Origin: Cyanobacteriota bacterium
GTDB lineage: Bacteria; Cyanobacteriota; Cyanobacteriia; PCC-6307; Cyanobiaceae
DNA length: 64,000 nt
Assembly (NCBI GenBank): GCA_046052125.1
Contig: JBJOMY010000006.1
Span: 32,001 to 96,000, forward strand
Direction of reading: 5' to 3'
Below, piece by piece: positions 17,477 to 29,417 of this stretch (positions are counted from its first letter, which is position 1; each line of letters begins with the position of its first letter). A model generated the notes under the pieces. The model did not search any database. It saw only the letters and a program-made list of their open reading frames with translations, and was not told the DNA's origin. Made by a program: the position numbers and the translations under genes.

Positions 17477-18667
17477 TCAGCCGCCCGGCCGTGAGGCGGG
17501 CAGGCGCGGCAATCGATGCTTGAAACCGCAGAGGATCTCCCAGGGGATCGTGCCGCAGGGTTCACTCCAAGCCAGCGGATCAATGCGCTCGTCACCATCG
17601 CTCCCCAGCAATGTCACCACACTGCCCTGATCCAACTCCGGGGCATCGGTGGCATCGAGCACCAGCTGATCCATGGTGATCGCCCCCACCTGGGGAATGC
17701 GCCGGCCCTGATGCAGCACCTGCAACCGATTGGAGAGCAGGCGCGGCACGCCATCGGCGTAACCGATGCTCACCACCGCCAAGCGACTGGGACGCTGGGT
17801 GGTGAAGCGATGCCCGTAGCTCACGCCCACCCCGGCAGGCACCTCGCGGATCAGGCTCACCCGGGCCCGCACCTGCATGGCCGGCTGCAGCTCGAGGCCA
17901 CCGCCGAGATGCGCGGCCGGGCGATGGCCGTAGAGGGCGAGGCCCACCCGCACCATGTCGTAGTGGAGCTGGGGGGTGCGCAGGGTGCCGGCGGAGTTGG
18001 CGAGGTGGCGACAGCCGCTGAGCAGGCCACCCAACTGCAGGGCGCTGAGCACCTCGTCAAAGCGCTGCTGCTGCTGGCGAGTAAGGGGATCTAAACCCGC
18101 ACCCGGAGCATCGGCATCCGCCAGATGGGAGTACACGCCCGCCAGCTCCACCGCTTCCAGCGCGCCGATCGCCTCCACCAACCGCGGGCCGTCCTGCCAG
18201 GGGGCACCCAGCCGGGCCATGCCGGTGTCGAGCTTGAGCTGCACCGCCATCGGCCGGCCGCTGCCCGTGGCCAGGTTCTGGCAGAGCAGCGCCTCACGCA
18301 TGCCGCTGAGGGTGGGCATCAACTGCCAGTGCAGGCAGGCCCGCAGTTCATCGGGCTGGGTGAGATTGCCCAGCACCAGCACCGGTTGGCGCAGACCGGC
18401 CTGGCGCAGCTCCACCCCCTCGTGCAGGGTGGCTACCCCGAAACAGCTGGCCCCACCTGCGGCGGCGGCGCGGGCCACCGGCACGGCTCCATGGCCATAG
18501 CCATCGGCCTTCACCACCGCCATCAGGCTGCAGCCAGCCGCCAGGGAACGCCTCAGGCTGCGGGCGTTGGCCTGCACCGCCGCTTCGCACACCTCAACCC
18601 AGGCCCGCTGGCGCGGGTGCGGCCAGGGTTCACCCGAGGGACTGATGGCGGGGGAGGCTTCTCTCAT
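17477..18667 (-). CDS. alr: Alanine racemase
   Basis: AVVKADGYGHG PLP site, KLDTGM.RLG, HLANSA, VRVGLALYG, GYADG. Confidence 0.97.
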   Translation of the reverse strand: MREASPAISPSGEPWPHPRQRAWVEVCEAAVQANARSLRRSLAAGCSLMAVVKADGYGHGAVPVARAAAAGGASCFGVATLHEGVELRQAGLRQPVLVLGNLTQPDELRACLHWQLMPTLSGMREALLCQNLATGSGRPMAVQLKLDTGMARLGAPWQDGPRLVEAIGALEAVELAGVYSHLADADAPGAGLDPLTRQQQQRFDEVLSALQLGGLLSGCRHLANSAGTLRTPQLHYDMVRVGLALYGHRPAAHLGGGLELQPAMQVRARVSLIREVPAGVGVSYGHRFTTQRPSRLAVVSIGYADGVPRLLSNRLQVLHQGRRIPQVGAITMDQLVLDATDAPELDQGSVVTLLGSDGDERIDPLAWSEPCGTIPWEILCGFKHRLPRLPASRPGG

Positions 18668-18769
18668 CCACCTGGAAGATCTGCAGAGCGTAAGCGGGAC
18701 TGCACGACGCCACTGGACGTTCCCCCTAGCATGGCGAGCAAATCACGGGCTGCCAGGGGAACCACTCCC

Positions 18770-19294
18770 ATGGGCCACGTTCTCGTTCTCAACGCCTCCT
18801 ACGAGCCGCTGAACGTCACCAGCTGGCGGCGCGCCACGGTGATGGTGCTCAAGGGCAAGGCCGAAGGGCTGGAACATGCCACGGATCTGCAGCTGCGCCC
18901 CGGGCTGCATCGCCCCACGGTGATCCGGCTACGCCAGTTCGTGCGCGTGCCGTTCCGGGCGCTACCGCTGACGCGCCGCAACCTGTTCCATCGCGACGGC
19001 CATTGCTGCCAATACTGCGGCAGCCAGAGCGAGCGGCTCTCGATTGACCACGTGATCCCACGCAGCCGCGGCGGCGATCACAGCTGGGACAACGTGACCA
19101 CCGCTTGCCTGCGCTGCAATGTTCACAAGGGCAATCGCACCCCGCGGGAAGCCGGGATGGTGCTGCTCCACCAACCCCGCCGCCCCCTGAGCGGACCGCT
19201 GTTTGAAGCCCAGCGTCAGATGGCCAGCGGCCAGCACAGCGAATGGGCGAAGTACGTGCAGGGCTGGGACGACAACGGCCTAGCCGCCGCCTGA
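18770..19294 (+). CDS. HNH endonuclease (McrA-like, [11 protein letters not shown] type)
   Basis: [10 protein letters not shown]...[31 protein letters not shown]. Confidence 0.9.
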   Translation: MGHVLVLNASYEPLNVTSWRRATVMVLKGKAEGLEHATDLQLRPGLHRPTVIRLRQFVRVPFRALPLTRRNLFHRDGHCCQYCGSQSERLSIDHVIPRSRGGDHSWDNVTTACLRCNVHKGNRTPREAGMVLLHQPRRPLSGPLFEAQRQMASGQHSEWAKYVQGWDDNGLAAA

Positions 19295-20383
19295 CGCCTG
19301 CTCCGCCAGTTCCTCGAGCTGGCGCCGCTGATCCGCCGACACGCAAGCGCCGATCAGTTCCGCCAGCTGCCCCTGCAGCACCGGCTCCAAGGAGAAGTTG
19401 CGGCCCAGGCGGTGATCGGTGGTGCGGTTGTCTTTGTAGTTGTAGGTGCGGATTTTCTCGCTGCGATCACCCGTGCCCACCTGAGCAAGGCGGGCGGAGC
19501 GTTCCTCGGCGTTGGCCGCCGCCAGCTCGCGCTCATACAGCTTGGCCCGCAGGATCTCCAGGGCCCGCTCGCGGTTTTGGAGCTGCGAGCGCTCCTGGGT
19601 GCAGAACACGCGGATGCCCGTGGGTTTGTGGAGCAGATCCACCGCGGTTTCCACCTTGTTCACGTTCTGGCCGCCGGCGCCACCGGAGCGGGCGGTGCTG
19701 ATCTCGAGGTCGCCCGGATCGATCTGCACCTCCACCGGATCCGCCTCTGGCATCACCGCCACGGTGGCAGTGGAGGTGTGCACGCGTCCCTGGGATTCGG
19801 TGGCCGGCACCCGCTGCACGCGATGCACGCCAGCCTCAAACTTCAGCTGGCTGAACACACCCTCACCTTTGATCGCCAGGATCAGTTCCTTGTAACCGCC
19901 CAGCTCCGCCTCGGAGGCGCTCACCGGCATCACCTTCCAGCCCACACTCTGGGCGTAGCGCTCGTACATCCGCGCTAGATCGCCGGCCCACAAAGCCGCT
20001 TCATCCCCACCGGCACCAGCACGGATCTCCAGCATCACGCTGCGTTCATCGCGCGGATCGCGGGGCAGCAACGCGAGGGTGAGCTGCTCCTCGAGGGCGC
20101 CGATCCGGGCGGCCAACTCGGCCAGCTCCTCCTGAGCCAGGGCCTCGAGTTCGAGATCGCCGCGGCTTTCGCGCAACAGTTCCCGCGCCTGCTGCTCCTG
20201 GTGGCGCAGACGCTCCAACTCCGCATACCCCGTCACCAGGGGCTCGAGCCGCGCCCGCTCTCGGGCAATCGGTTCCAGCTGCGCCGGGTTGGCTGCCACA
20301 TCGGGATCGGCGAGCTGACGCTCGAGGGTCTCGAAGGTGGTGCGGGCCGTTTCGAGGCGCTCGCTCAGGAAGGAAGCATCCAT
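19280..20383 (-). CDS. prfA: Peptide chain release factor 1
   Basis: GGQ motif, VQRVPATE (PxT), [11 protein letters not shown]. Confidence 0.97.
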   Translation of the reverse strand: MDASFLSERLETARTTFETLERQLADPDVAANPAQLEPIARERARLEPLVTGYAELERLRHQEQQARELLRESRGDLELEALAQEELAELAARIGALEEQLTLALLPRDPRDERSVMLEIRAGAGGDEAALWAGDLARMYERYAQSVGWKVMPVSASEAELGGYKELILAIKGEGVFSQLKFEAGVHRVQRVPATESQGRVHTSTATVAVMPEADPVEVQIDPGDLEISTARSGGAGGQNVNKVETAVDLLHKPTGIRVFCTQERSQLQNRERALEILRAKLYERELAAANAEERSARLAQVGTGDRSEKIRTYNYKDNRTTDHRLGRNFSLEPVLQGQLAELIGACVSADQRRQLEELAEQASGGG

Positions 20384-20424
20384 GGCGTCAGGGGAGCTGC
20401 ATCAGGCAACGGTGGACGGGCAGC

Positions 20425-20455
20425 AAAAAGCCGGATGCCCAGGAGCATCCGGCTT
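20425..20455 (-). terminator. Rho-independent terminator after rpmE
   Basis: Minus strand AAGCCGGATGC-loop-GCATCCGGCTTTTT. Confidence 0.8.
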
Positions 20456-20486
20456 GGGACGTAATGGGTTGCCTGAAGGCAGCCAA

Positions 20487-20744
20487 TCAGGCTTTGGCTG
20501 CAGCGTCTTTGGTGTCGCTGCCCTGGGCATCGGAAGCACCGGCCATGCCGTACTTGCGCATGAAGCGGTCCACACGACCCTCGGTGTCGAGGATCTTCTG
20601 GGTGCCGGTATAGAAGGGATGGTTGCCACTCCACACATCCACGTGGAGTTCGGGCGAGGTGGAGCCGGTGGTCATCACCACCTCTCCATTGCAGATCACC
20701 TTGGCATCGGGATACCAGGTGGGATGGATTTCGGCCTTCGGCAT
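20487..20744 (-). CDS. rpmE: 50S ribosomal protein L31
   Basis: IHP.WY...VDVWSGNHPFYTG.QKILDTEGRVDRF. Confidence 0.97.
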   Translation of the reverse strand: MPKAEIHPTWYPDAKVICNGEVVMTTGSTSPELHVDVWSGNHPFYTGTQKILDTEGRVDRFMRKYGMAGASDAQGSDTKDAAAKA

Positions 20745-20776
20745 AACGAATACAGAGCTGAGGTGCGGAAGCTGAA

Positions 20777-21178
20777 TCAGCGCTTGGAGAACTGAGGAGC
20801 CTTACGGGCTTTCTTCAGGCCGTACTTACGACGCTCCTTGGCGCGGGGGTCGCGGCTGAGGTGACCTTCAGTCTTCAGGGGCTTGCGGTTCTCCGGGGAG
20901 AGCTCACACAGCGCACGCGCTGCACCCTGCTTGATGGCATCAGCCTGGCCGGTGAGACCGCCGCCGCGCACGTTCACGAGGATGTCGTACTCGCTGGCCA
21001 GACCCAGGGTCTGAAGAGGAGCAGTCACCGCCGCCATGTAAACGGGGTTGTAGTTCAGGTAGTTGTCACCGGGACGACCGTTGATGGTGACGGTGCCGGT
21101 GCCGGGGACCACACGCACGCGAGCAACGGCGGTCTTGCGGCGGCCAGTTCCCCAGTAAACGACTTTGTTGGTGCTCAT
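20777..21178 (-). CDS. rpsI: 30S ribosomal protein S9
   Basis: [12 protein letters not shown]...[19 protein letters not shown]. Confidence 0.98.
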   Translation of the reverse strand: MSTNKVVYWGTGRRKTAVARVRVVPGTGTVTINGRPGDNYLNYNPVYMAAVTAPLQTLGLASEYDILVNVRGGGLTGQADAIKQGAARALCELSPENRKPLKTEGHLSRDPRAKERRKYGLKKARKAPQFSKR

Positions 21179-21627
21179 TGGGCGGAAGCGGCGGGATCGA
21201 GGGCGAGGGCCTTGGGCTGCTGGGCGGCGTGGGGATGCTCAGCACCCTTGTACACCTTCAGCTTGCGGAACAGCTGACGACCGAGGGCGTTGTGGGGGAG
21301 CATGCCCTTCACAGCCTTCTCGATGATCCGCTCAGGAATGCGGGCCTGCAGCGCAGCGAAGCTCTCCGTCTTCATGCCGCCGGGACGGCCAGAGTGACGG
21401 CGATAGACCTTCTGGGTGAACTTGTTACCGCTCACCTTCACCTTGTCGGCATTGATCACGACGACGAAGTCGCCAGCGTCAATGTGAGGGGCGAAGTTGG
21501 GGTTGTTCTTACCCCGAAGCACCGATGCCACTTCGCTGGCGAGACGGCCGAGGGTCTGGTTCTCAGCATCCACCAGATACCACTGGCGACTGGAGGGATC
21601 CTGAGGGGGAACGAGAGTCTTGTTCAT
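21175..21627 (-). CDS. rplM: 50S ribosomal protein L13
   Basis: [14 protein letters not shown]...GDFVVVINA...AVKGMLP...HPHAAQ. Confidence 0.98.
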   Translation of the reverse strand: MNKTLVPPQDPSSRQWYLVDAENQTLGRLASEVASVLRGKNNPNFAPHIDAGDFVVVINADKVKVSGNKFTQKVYRRHSGRPGGMKTESFAALQARIPERIIEKAVKGMLPHNALGRQLFRKLKVYKGAEHPHAAQQPKALALDPAASAQ

Positions 21628-21804
21628 CGCACCGGCGGGCCGGATCGGTAAAGCTCCACTGCTCAGCGAGTGAGCAAGGGGCGGGACAGGGTGTCTGGAC
21701 GGAAGGTCTGGACTGGGACGGCAGGGCGTCCGATCACTCGGACGACTGAAGCTCGTGGAGCGACCCTACCTCGCCGCCTGACCAGCCCCATCTCAGGAGC
21801 TTGT

Positions 21805-22659
21805 TCAAGCGCGGGGCGGGGAGTCTGAACACTCCAGCAAATACCGCGGTTGGCAATCATACCAGGCGGCTTCAGGGAACATGGGTTCCGGGTAGCCCAC
21901 CCGCAGCAGGCAAAGCCCCTGCGGAGGCGCCGCCTCCTTCACCTCCTCACGGGCACCGCTGCGCCAGCGCCGGGCAAAGCTCTCGAGGCTGAGGCGCCTC
22001 TCCGCCACCGCCACCAGCTGCCCCATCACCAACCGCACCATGCCGTAGAGAAAGCCGCTGGCCTGCAATTCCACCTCGATGAGATCGCCGCGGCGTTCCA
22101 CCTGCACCTCCTGCAGGGTGGTGCGGGAGTGGGAGCGGGCACTGCCTGCCCGCTCAAAGGCCGCGAAGTCGTGCTCCCCGAGCATGCCTTCCAGCGCCTC
22201 GCGCATCAGCCCTTCATCCAGCCTCAGCTGGTAGCGGTGCCAGCTCCAGGGGGCCAGAAACAGATTGGGAATCCGGGCGTTGTAGATGGTGTAGCGATAG
22301 CGCCGGTAGCTAGCGCTGAAGCAGGCGTGCCACTCGGCCGGCACCTCCACGCCCGCCCGAACGCGGATCGTGGGCGGAAGACGGCCATTGAGGGCCGCGG
22401 GCCAGCGCTGGGCAGGGATCGGCCCCATGGCATCGAAATGGGCCACCTGGCCGGCCGCATGCACGCCGGTATCGGTGCGTCCAGCGGCGTGCAGGCGCAC
22501 CGGCCGGCCTGGATCCAGTGCCGCGATCGCCGCCTCCAGGGTCTCCTGCACGCTTGGATCCCGGGGCTGCCGCTGCCAGCCGCAGAAGCCAGAGCCGTCG
22601 TATTGCAGGCAGAGAGCAATGCGACGCGATCCAGGGGTGGCAACAGGGTGATCAGCCAT
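21805..22659 (-). CDS. truA: tRNA pseudouridine(38-40) synthase
   Basis: [37 protein letters not shown]. Confidence 0.97.
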   Translation of the reverse strand: MADHPVATPGSRRIALCLQYDGSGFCGWQRQPRDPSVQETLEAAIAALDPGRPVRLHAAGRTDTGVHAAGQVAHFDAMGPIPAQRWPAALNGRLPPTIRVRAGVEVPAEWHACFSASYRRYRYTIYNARIPNLFLAPWSWHRYQLRLDEGLMREALEGMLGEHDFAAFERAGSARSHSRTTLQEVQVERRGDLIEVELQASGFLYGMVRLVMGQLVAVAERRLSLESFARRWRSGAREEVKEAAPPQGLCLLRVGYPEPMFPEAAWYDCQPRYLLECSDSPPRA

Positions 22660-22734
22660 GGCACAACGGCGCCCACAACAAAGCCGCGCCGGCCCTAAGG
22701 CCCTGCGCGGCAGGCTGCAACTGCAGGTGAACGA

Positions 22735-23085
22735 TCAGACGAGCTCGATGATCGCCATCTCGGCGTGGTCACCGCGGCGGGGCACGGTGCGGATGATGCG
22801 GGTGTAACCGCCGTTGCGATCGCCGTAACGCTCCTGGGCCTTGTCGAACAGGGCGTGAACGAGCTGCTTGTCGTAGATGTAGCCGATGGCGCGGCGACGG
22901 GCAGCGAGGCTGCCGTCCTTGGCCAGGGTGATCATGCGCTCGGCTTCATCGCGCAGGGCCTTGGCACGGGCCTTGGTGGTGGTGAGGCGACCTTCGCGAA
23001 TCAGCTGCGTGGTGAGGGCGCGCAGCATGGCTTTGCGTTGGTCGGCGGGGCGTCCCAGCTTGGGAACTCGGCACTGGTGGCGCAT
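22735..23085 (-). CDS. rplQ: 50S ribosomal protein L17
   Basis: MRHQ...KLGR...TTKARAK...RNGGYTRI...RRGD. Confidence 0.98.
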   Translation of the reverse strand: MRHQCRVPKLGRPADQRKAMLRALTTQLIREGRLTTTKARAKALRDEAERMITLAKDGSLAARRRAIGYIYDKQLVHALFDKAQERYGDRNGGYTRIIRTVPRRGDHAEMAIIELV

Positions 23086-23135
23086 GACGGTTGCGGAGGG
23101 TAAGCGTTAACGGGTAGGGGGAAACTCGCGCTGAA

Positions 23136-24074
23136 TCAGGCGCTGGTGCGGCTCTGGGGCAGGGAGATGCCGATGCGCTCAAGCGCCTCGATCACCTCAT
23201 CGGCCGACTTGGAACCGAAGTTCTTGATCTCCAGCAGATCTTCGTAGCTGAAGCCCATCAGGTCGGACACGGAGTTGACCTGGGCGCGCTTGAGGCAGTT
23301 GTAAGCACGAACCGAGAGGTTGAGCTCCTCGAGAGGAATCTGCGCCTCGGCGGAGGGCTCGGGCTCCAGGCCGGGCTCATCCACCATGGTGAGGCTGGCC
23401 AGGGGCTGGAACAGCGCAATCAGCTGATTGGCTGCCTGGGCCATGGCGTCGTCAGGGGTGACCGAACCATCGGTTTCGATCTCCAGGCGCAGGCGCTCAC
23501 GGGCCGAACCGCCTTCGCCCACAGCGGTTTCATCCACGCTGTAGTTCACGCGGCGCACGGGCATGAACACGGCGTCGATCTGCAGGAGATCGATGGCGCT
23601 GGTGTCTTCGGTGCGGCGATCCACAGGGCGATAGCCTACGCCGCGCTCTACATGCACCTCAAGCTCGAGGCTGTAGCCATCAGCCACGGTGGCGATCGGA
23701 CGGTCGCCGTCGATCACGGTGACCTGCGAGGAGAACTGCAGGTCGGAGGCGGTCACGGTGCAAGGGCCGTTGGCCACCAGACGACCGATTTCCAGCTCGC
23801 GAGTGCGGCTGCTGACGGCGACGTCCTTGCAGTTGAGCAGGATGTCGAGAACGTCTTCACGCACACCGGGGACGGTGGCGTATTCGTGGTTCACGCCGGC
23901 GATGCGCACGGCGGTGATGGCGCTGCCCTCGAGGGCTCCCATCAGCACGCGGCGCAGGGAGTTGCCGAGGGTGATGGCCTGACCCCGCTCAAGGGGTCCG
24001 ATCACAAAGACGCCGGTCTGGGAGCGGTCGTCGGCGATCTGGTGTTCAACCCGATCGATCTGATACTGCAACAC
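23136..24074 (-). CDS. rpoA: RNA polymerase alpha subunit
   Basis: [48 protein letters not shown] start at 24074. Confidence 0.98.
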   Translation of the reverse strand: MLQYQIDRVEHQIADDRSQTGVFVIGPLERGQAITLGNSLRRVLMGALEGSAITAVRIAGVNHEYATVPGVREDVLDILLNCKDVAVSSRTRELEIGRLVANGPCTVTASDLQFSSQVTVIDGDRPIATVADGYSLELEVHVERGVGYRPVDRRTEDTSAIDLLQIDAVFMPVRRVNYSVDETAVGEGGSARERLRLEIETDGSVTPDDAMAQAANQLIALFQPLASLTMVDEPGLEPEPSAEAQIPLEELNLSVRAYNCLKRAQVNSVSDLMGFSYEDLLEIKNFGSKSADEVIEALERIGISLPQSRTSA

Positions 24075-24131
24075 GGTCTGAAGCTCGAAAGAAGAGGAGG
24101 AGCCCCCTCTGGGGCGAGGCAAGGCGTCGGA

Positions 24132-24524
24132 TCAGACCCGGCGACGCTTGGAACGACGGCAGCCGTTGTGGGGCAGTGGGGTGACGTCGCGGATCAGGGT
24201 GATCTCCAGACCGGCCACCTGCAGGGCACGGATCGCCGTTTCACGGCCGGAACCAGGACCGCGCACCAGCACCTCGATCTGGCGCATCCCCTGCTCAAGG
24301 GCGCGACGGGCGGCTGCTTCTGCGGCGGTTTGGGCGGCGAAGGGGGTGCCTTTGCGGGCGCCCTTGAAACCACTGGCTCCAGCGGAGCTCCAGGAGATCA
24401 CTTCACCGGCGGTGTCGGTGATCGAAACGATCGTGTTGTTGAAGGTGCTCTGAATGTGCGCCACACCGTTGGGCACATTGCGCTTCGTCTTCTTCGCGCC
24501 GGATTTCTTGGCGGGCTTGGCCAT
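24132..24524 (-). CDS. rpsK: 30S ribosomal protein S11
   Basis: [12 protein letters not shown]...[11 protein letters not shown]. Confidence 0.98.
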   Translation of the reverse strand: MAKPAKKSGAKKTKRNVPNGVAHIQSTFNNTIVSITDTAGEVISWSSAGASGFKGARKGTPFAAQTAAEAAARRALEQGMRQIEVLVRGPGSGRETAIRALQVAGLEITLIRDVTPLPHNGCRRSKRRRV

Positions 24525-24654
24525 GGTTTAGAGCCCTGCAGGAGCAGGGAGGTGATCAGTGAACTGAGGGGGGCATCCTGGTGACGGCCGTTCCCTATGG
24601 GGAACGCTCGGCAGGAGCAATGGGGATGGCCGAAGGCCAGAAGCAGGTCAGGCC

Positions 24655-25020
24655 TTACTTCTTCTTACCGGCAACGGTCTTACGAGCGCCGCGGCGGGTA
24701 CGGGCATTGGTGCGGGTGCGCTGACCACGCACGGGCAGGCCCACGCGATGGCGACGACCACGGACGCAGCCGATGTCTTGGAGGCGCTTCATCGCCATGC
24801 CCTCTTGGCGACGCAGGTCGCCTTCGAGGGTGTAGCCCTCAGCGGCGCCGCGCAGCTTCTGCACGTCGGCGTCGTCGAGGTCCTTGACGCGGGTATCAGG
24901 GTTAACCCCGGTTTTGGCCAGGATTTTCTTGGCCGTGGTCAGGCCAATCCCGTACACGTAGGTGAGGGCGATTTCGATCCTCTTGTCGCGAGGAATATCA
25001 ACGCCGGCAATCCGAGCCAC
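24655..25020 (-). CDS. rpsM: 30S ribosomal protein S13
   Basis: [10 protein letters not shown]...[15 protein letters not shown]. Confidence 0.98.
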   Translation of the reverse strand: MARIAGVDIPRDKRIEIALTYVYGIGLTTAKKILAKTGVNPDTRVKDLDDADVQKLRGAAEGYTLEGDLRRQEGMAMKRLQDIGCVRGRRHRVGLPVRGQRTRTNARTRRGARKTVAGKKK

Positions 25021-25135
25021 AGAAACTAACGATTGGGGTGAGCAGGGGAGAAGTTCTCAGGCGGCAGCGCACTGGCGGCGGCCCAGGAACTTGAAAGGTT
25101 TGGCCCTAGGGCCGTGGACAAGGCTCAGCCGGGGA

Positions 25136-25249
25136 TCAACCCTGGCGCTGCTTGTGCTTGGGGTTGGCGCAGATCACCATCACCCGGCCGTGGCGACGAA
25201 TCACACGGCACTTGTCGCACATTTTCTTGACCGAGGCACGCACCTTCAT
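25136..25249 (-). CDS. rpmJ: 50S ribosomal protein L36
   Basis: Manual translation [37 protein letters not shown]. Confidence 0.98.
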   Translation of the reverse strand: MKVRASVKKMCDKCRVIRRHGRVMVICANPKHKQRQG

Positions 25250-25295
25250 GGGAGCGGTCTCTCCAATTTTGCAAACGCTGACCCTACCACAGGGG

Positions 25296-25844
25296 TCAAC
25301 CCAGCAAGCTGGCAATCCGCGCCCCGATCTCCTCGACCGTGCCAGCGGCTTCCACAGGCGCCAGCAGGTTGCGCTCGCGGTAGTAAGCGATCAGCGGCTC
25401 GGTCTGCTGGCGGTACACCTCAAGGCGATGGCGAATCACCTCCTCGTTGTCATCAGCGCGGCCGCGGGAGAGCAGACGCTGCACGAGCACGGCGTCGTCC
25501 AGCTCCATAAGCACAACCAGCTCAATCTGCTGGCCGAGCTCATCGAGCAGCTGGGCCAAGGCATCGGCCTGAGCCACGTTGCGGGGGAAGCCATCGAGCA
25601 GCCAGCCGCCGCTGTGGGCCTGAAGACGGCTGCGCACGATCGCCAGCACGAGGGCATCGCTCACGAGCTCGCCGCGCGCCATCACGGCCTCGGCTTCCTT
25701 GCCGAGCTCGCTGCCGGCGGCCACTTCGGCACGCAGCAGATCACCGGTGGAGAGGTGGAGCAGATTCTGAGTTTCGGCGAGTCGCTGGGCCTGGGTGCCC
25801 TTACCAGCCCCGGGGGGGCCGAGGAAGAGAAGACGTTGCTTCAT
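25296..25844 (-). CDS. adk: Adenylate kinase (short form)
   Basis: [31 protein letters not shown]. Confidence 0.97.
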   Translation of the reverse strand: MKQRLLFLGPPGAGKGTQAQRLAETQNLLHLSTGDLLRAEVAAGSELGKEAEAVMARGELVSDALVLAIVRSRLQAHSGGWLLDGFPRNVAQADALAQLLDELGQQIELVVLMELDDAVLVQRLLSRGRADDNEEVIRHRLEVYRQQTEPLIAYYRERNLLAPVEAAGTVEEIGARIASLLG

Positions 25845-25919
25845 GACGGAAACGCGTAACGGATGGGCGGTACGGGACGAACAATCAACCGATCAACAAG
25901 ACCACAAGGGGGGCCAGGG

Positions 25920-27236
25920 TCACTGGCGCACCATGCCCTCGTAGCGCTGCGAGATCACGGCGGTTTGCAGCTGCTTAGCGGTTTGGATGGCCACACCCAC
26001 CAGGATCAGCAGGCTGGTGGCGCCGAGGCCCTGGAAGGTTTTCACCTGCGTGGCCGACTCCACCGCCGAGGGAATGATTGCCACGGCCCCAAGGAAGAGG
26101 GCACCCAGCAGGGTCAGACGGTTCTGCACTCCGCTGAGGTAGCTGGCGGTGGCGGAGCCGGGGCGGACACCGGGGATGGCGACGCCGGTGCGCTTGAGGT
26201 TCGTGGCCACATCCACGGGGTTGATCGTGAGCGTGGCGTAGAAGAACGAGAAGCCGATGATCAGGCCGAAGAACAGCAGCGCATACACCCAGGGGGTGCC
26301 GCTGTTGGGGCTCAGGGCGGCCGCGATATTGATCAGCCAAGGCTGCTTGGTGATGTTGGCAATGGTGAGCGGCAGGAACACCACGGCCGAAGCAAAGATG
26401 ATCGGCATCACGCCGCCGGCGTTGAGCTTGAGCGGCAGGTAGCTCTGGCGAGCCGAAAGGCTGGCGCCTCCCACTTGCCGCTTCGCACTCACGATGGGGA
26501 TGCGGCGATTGCCTTCTTCCACACACACGATCCCAACGATCGTGACCAGGAACACCGCCACCAGCACCACGATGCCGCCAACAGTGCTGCGGTCGCCGCT
26601 CTGGGCCAGCTCGATCGTGGAGCCAAGGGCCCGGGGCAGGGTGGCCACGATGTTGAGGTAGATCACCAGGGAGGCGCCCTGGCCAATGCCCCGCTCGGTG
26701 ATCACCTCACTGATCCACATCACCACCATCGAGCCGGTCACGAGCGCAACGGCGGTTTGCAGCACAAACACCAGCTCGGAGGTTCCGGCTATGGCGTAGG
26801 GCCGCAGGATCAGGGCAAACACCACGCTCTGCAGGATGCCCCAGCCGAGGGCCACATAGCGGGTGAACTGAGCGATCTTGCGCCGGCCGGCCTCACCCTC
26901 GTTCTTCTGGAGATCCTCCAGCTGCGGCAATGCCGAGGTGAGCAGCTGCAGGATGATCGAGGCGTTGATGAAGGGCAGAATTCCCAGACCGAACACACCG
27001 AGGGTGGAGATGCCACCGCCGGTGAAGATGTCGAGGAAGCCGATCAGCTGACCACCGCGGGCGATGAAGTCCTGGAAGGCCACCCGGTCGATTCCAGGCA
27101 CGGGGATATAGATCCCCAGGCGCACCAGCAGCAACAGGCCCAGGGTGATCAACACCCGATTGCGCAGATCCTTGGCCTGGATCAGCTGCGTGAGGATTTC
27201 ACCGGCACTGGGGTTGCGACCCCGGCTGACGAGCAT
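25920..27236 (-). CDS. secY: Preprotein translocase subunit SecY
   Basis: LGILPFINASII, ITERGIGQG.SL, AGGVMPIIFA, IPGVRPG. Confidence 0.98.
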   Translation of the reverse strand: MLVSRGRNPSAGEILTQLIQAKDLRNRVLITLGLLLLVRLGIYIPVPGIDRVAFQDFIARGGQLIGFLDIFTGGGISTLGVFGLGILPFINASIILQLLTSALPQLEDLQKNEGEAGRRKIAQFTRYVALGWGILQSVVFALILRPYAIAGTSELVFVLQTAVALVTGSMVVMWISEVITERGIGQGASLVIYLNIVATLPRALGSTIELAQSGDRSTVGGIVVLVAVFLVTIVGIVCVEEGNRRIPIVSAKRQVGGASLSARQSYLPLKLNAGGVMPIIFASAVVFLPLTIANITKQPWLINIAAALSPNSGTPWVYALLFFGLIIGFSFFYATLTINPVDVATNLKRTGVAIPGVRPGSATASYLSGVQNRLTLLGALFLGAVAIIPSAVESATQVKTFQGLGATSLLILVGVAIQTAKQLQTAVISQRYEGMVRQ

Positions 27237-27340
27237 GACGGGCGTGCGGAGGAGAAGAACAAAAAACCGCCTGGAGAAGCCGGGAGGCTCCGCCAGGCGG
27301 CACCGACGCTAATGGGTCGGGGTCAGAACCAAGCCGAGGC

Positions 27341-27793
27341 TCAGATCTCTTCGCAGGTGCCACCTGCAGCCTCGATTTTCTCGCGGGCGCTGGCGGTGAA
27401 GGCAGCGGCCTGAACGGTGAGCTTCACCTTCAGGTCGCCATTGCCGAGCACCTTCAGGGGGTGCTTGGGGCTGGTCACGAGGCCGTCCTTCACGAGGGTG
27501 TCGATATTGACGGTGCTGCCGGCCTTGAGGTCGGCGAGCTTGGCCACGTTGATCACCGTGTAGTTCTTGGGGTTGATCACGGTGAAGTGCTTGAGCTTCG
27601 GCACCCGGCGGTAGAGGGGCATCTGACCACCTTCGAAGCCGGGACGGGTGGGACGACCCGAGCGGGACTTCTGACCGCGCATACCGAAACCGCAGCTGGC
27701 GCCTTGGCCGGCGGCGATGCCGCGGCCCTTACGGAGCTTGCGGCGACGGGCTCCTTTCTGGGGAGCCAGGGACTGGAGATTGAGCGACGTCAT
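27341..27793 (-). CDS. rplO: 50S ribosomal protein L15
   Basis: GRG...GQKSRSG...[15 protein letters not shown]. Confidence 0.98.
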   Translation of the reverse strand: MTSLNLQSLAPQKGARRRKLRKGRGIAAGQGASCGFGMRGQKSRSGRPTRPGFEGGQMPLYRRVPKLKHFTVINPKNYTVINVAKLADLKAGSTVNIDTLVKDGLVTSPKHPLKVLGNGDLKVKLTVQAAAFTASAREKIEAAGGTCEEI

Positions 27794-27801
27794 GGCGGTC
27801 C

Positions 27802-28449
27802 TCAGGAGTAGATCTGCTCAAGGGAGATGCCACGCTCCTTGGCGGTCTCCTTGTGGGTGCGCAGGCCAGCCAGGGCATCCATGGCGGCGCGGGCGTTGTT
27901 GAGGGGGGTCTTCGAACCGAGGCGCTTGGCCAGCACGTTCTTGATGCCGGCGAGCTCCAGCACCGTGCGGATCGAACCACCCGCGATCACACCGGTACCC
28001 GGGGCGGCAGGACGGATCAGCACGCTGGCGGCGCCGTCGCGACCATTGCCCAGGGTGGGGATCGAAGAGTGACGGGTGAGAGGCACCTTCACCAGGTGCT
28101 TCTTGCCATCGGCCACGCCCTTGCGGACGGCGCCGATCACATCGCCGGCCTTGCCGACGCCCACGCCCACCTGGCCCTTCTCGTTGCCGACGACAACGAT
28201 GGCCCGGAAGCTCATCTTCTTACCGCCTTTCACGGTCTTGGAGACGCGGCGAATCTGCACCACGCGCTCTTGCCATTCGGAGTCACGCTCCTGGCCACGG
28301 CGGTTGTCGCGGCCCCGGCCGCCGCCGCGGCGGTCGCCCTTGCCATCGCCACGGCCACCGCGACGCTCCTGCTGACCTTCGGCGGCAGCGGGAACATCAG
28401 CAGCGCCCGGAACGGCGTTGGACTGGATCTGGTCGTTGGTTTCGGTCAT
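27802..28449 (-). CDS. rpsE: 30S ribosomal protein S5
   Basis: [24 protein letters not shown]-rich N-terminal extension. Confidence 0.98.
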   Translation of the reverse strand: MTETNDQIQSNAVPGAADVPAAAEGQQERRGGRGDGKGDRRGGGRGRDNRRGQERDSEWQERVVQIRRVSKTVKGGKKMSFRAIVVVGNEKGQVGVGVGKAGDVIGAVRKGVADGKKHLVKVPLTRHSSIPTLGNGRDGAASVLIRPAAPGTGVIAGGSIRTVLELAGIKNVLAKRLGSKTPLNNARAAMDALAGLRTHKETAKERGISLEQIYS

Positions 28450-28463
28450 GGTGAGAGCAGGGA

Positions 28464-28829
28464 TCAGAACTGAAGGCCCGCTTCCCGGGCGGCGTCAGCC
28501 AAGGCCTTAACGCGGCCGTGGTACAGGTTGCCGCCTCGATCGAAGACCACCTGTTGAATGCCCTTGGCAAGGGCACGCTTGGCGACCAACTGACCAACGG
28601 CGACGGAAGCATCGCAGGTGGCAGCGGCCGAGACGCTGGTGCGCAGCTCCTTATCGATGGTCGACGCAGAGCAGAGGGTGCTCTGGGCGTCGTCGTCGAT
28701 GAGCTGTGCGTAGATGTGATTGTTGGAGCGGAACACGGCCAGGCGCGGACGCGCGGCAGTGCCGGTGAGATTGCGACGCAGACGCCGGTGGCGTTTCTGG
28801 GTCTGCTGCTTGCGGGACAGTGTGGACAT
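28464..28829 (-). CDS. rplR: 50S ribosomal protein L18
   Basis: [15 protein letters not shown]...FDRGG..YHGRV. Confidence 0.98.
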   Translation of the reverse strand: MSTLSRKQQTQKRHRRLRRNLTGTAARPRLAVFRSNNHIYAQLIDDDAQSTLCSASTIDKELRTSVSAAATCDASVAVGQLVAKRALAKGIQQVVFDRGGNLYHGRVKALADAAREAGLQF

Positions 28830-28861
28830 GGCAGTACAGGGTAACGACGCTCAGGCAGACC

Positions 28862-29401
28862 TCATTTCTTACCGGTCTTACCGGCCTTGCGCAGGATGCG
28901 TTCGCCCTCGTACTTGATGCCCTTGCCCTTGTAGGGCTCAGGCGGACGAATGGCGCGAACCTTGGCTGCTTCGTTGCCCACCAGTTCCTTGTCGGCACCG
29001 GAAACGAGCACGGTGGTGTTGCCGTCAACGGCAAAGGTGACGCCATCGGGAGGCACCATTTCGACCTGGTGGCTGTAGCCAGCGCTCACCACCAGCTTTT
29101 TGCCCTGAACGGCAGCGCGGTAACCCACGCCAACGATCTCGAGCTTGCGGGTGTAACCCTTGCTCACCCCTTCGACCATGTTGGCGACGAGGGTGCGGCA
29201 GAGGCCGTGGCGCTCGCGGGAGCGGCGGTTGTCGCTGGCGGGGCTCACCACGAGGGTGGTGCCGTCCTGGGCGATGGTCACACCGTCAGGGAGAGTGCGG
29301 CTCAGTTCACCTTTGGGGCCTTTGACTTTGACGTCGAGGCCGCTGAGGGTGACAGTGACGCCGCCCGGCACGGGAATCGGCGCTTTACCAATACGAGACA
29401 T
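28862..29401 (-). CDS. rplF: 50S ribosomal protein L6
   Basis: MSRIGK.P...[11 protein letters not shown]. Confidence 0.98.
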   Translation of the reverse strand: MSRIGKAPIPVPGGVTVTLSGLDVKVKGPKGELSRTLPDGVTIAQDGTTLVVSPASDNRRSRERHGLCRTLVANMVEGVSKGYTRKLEIVGVGYRAAVQGKKLVVSAGYSHQVEMVPPDGVTFAVDGNTTVLVSGADKELVGNEAAKVRAIRPPEPYKGKGIKYEGERILRKAGKTGKK

Positions 29402-29417
29402 GGATCAATCTCCCTGA

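Noticed and set aside
18770..19294. HNH endonuclease near tRNA-Ser as a mobile or defence element
   Set aside because: Standalone [15 protein letters not shown] HNH with host-like composition between alr and prfA; no integrase, att duplication, intron or methylase nearby.
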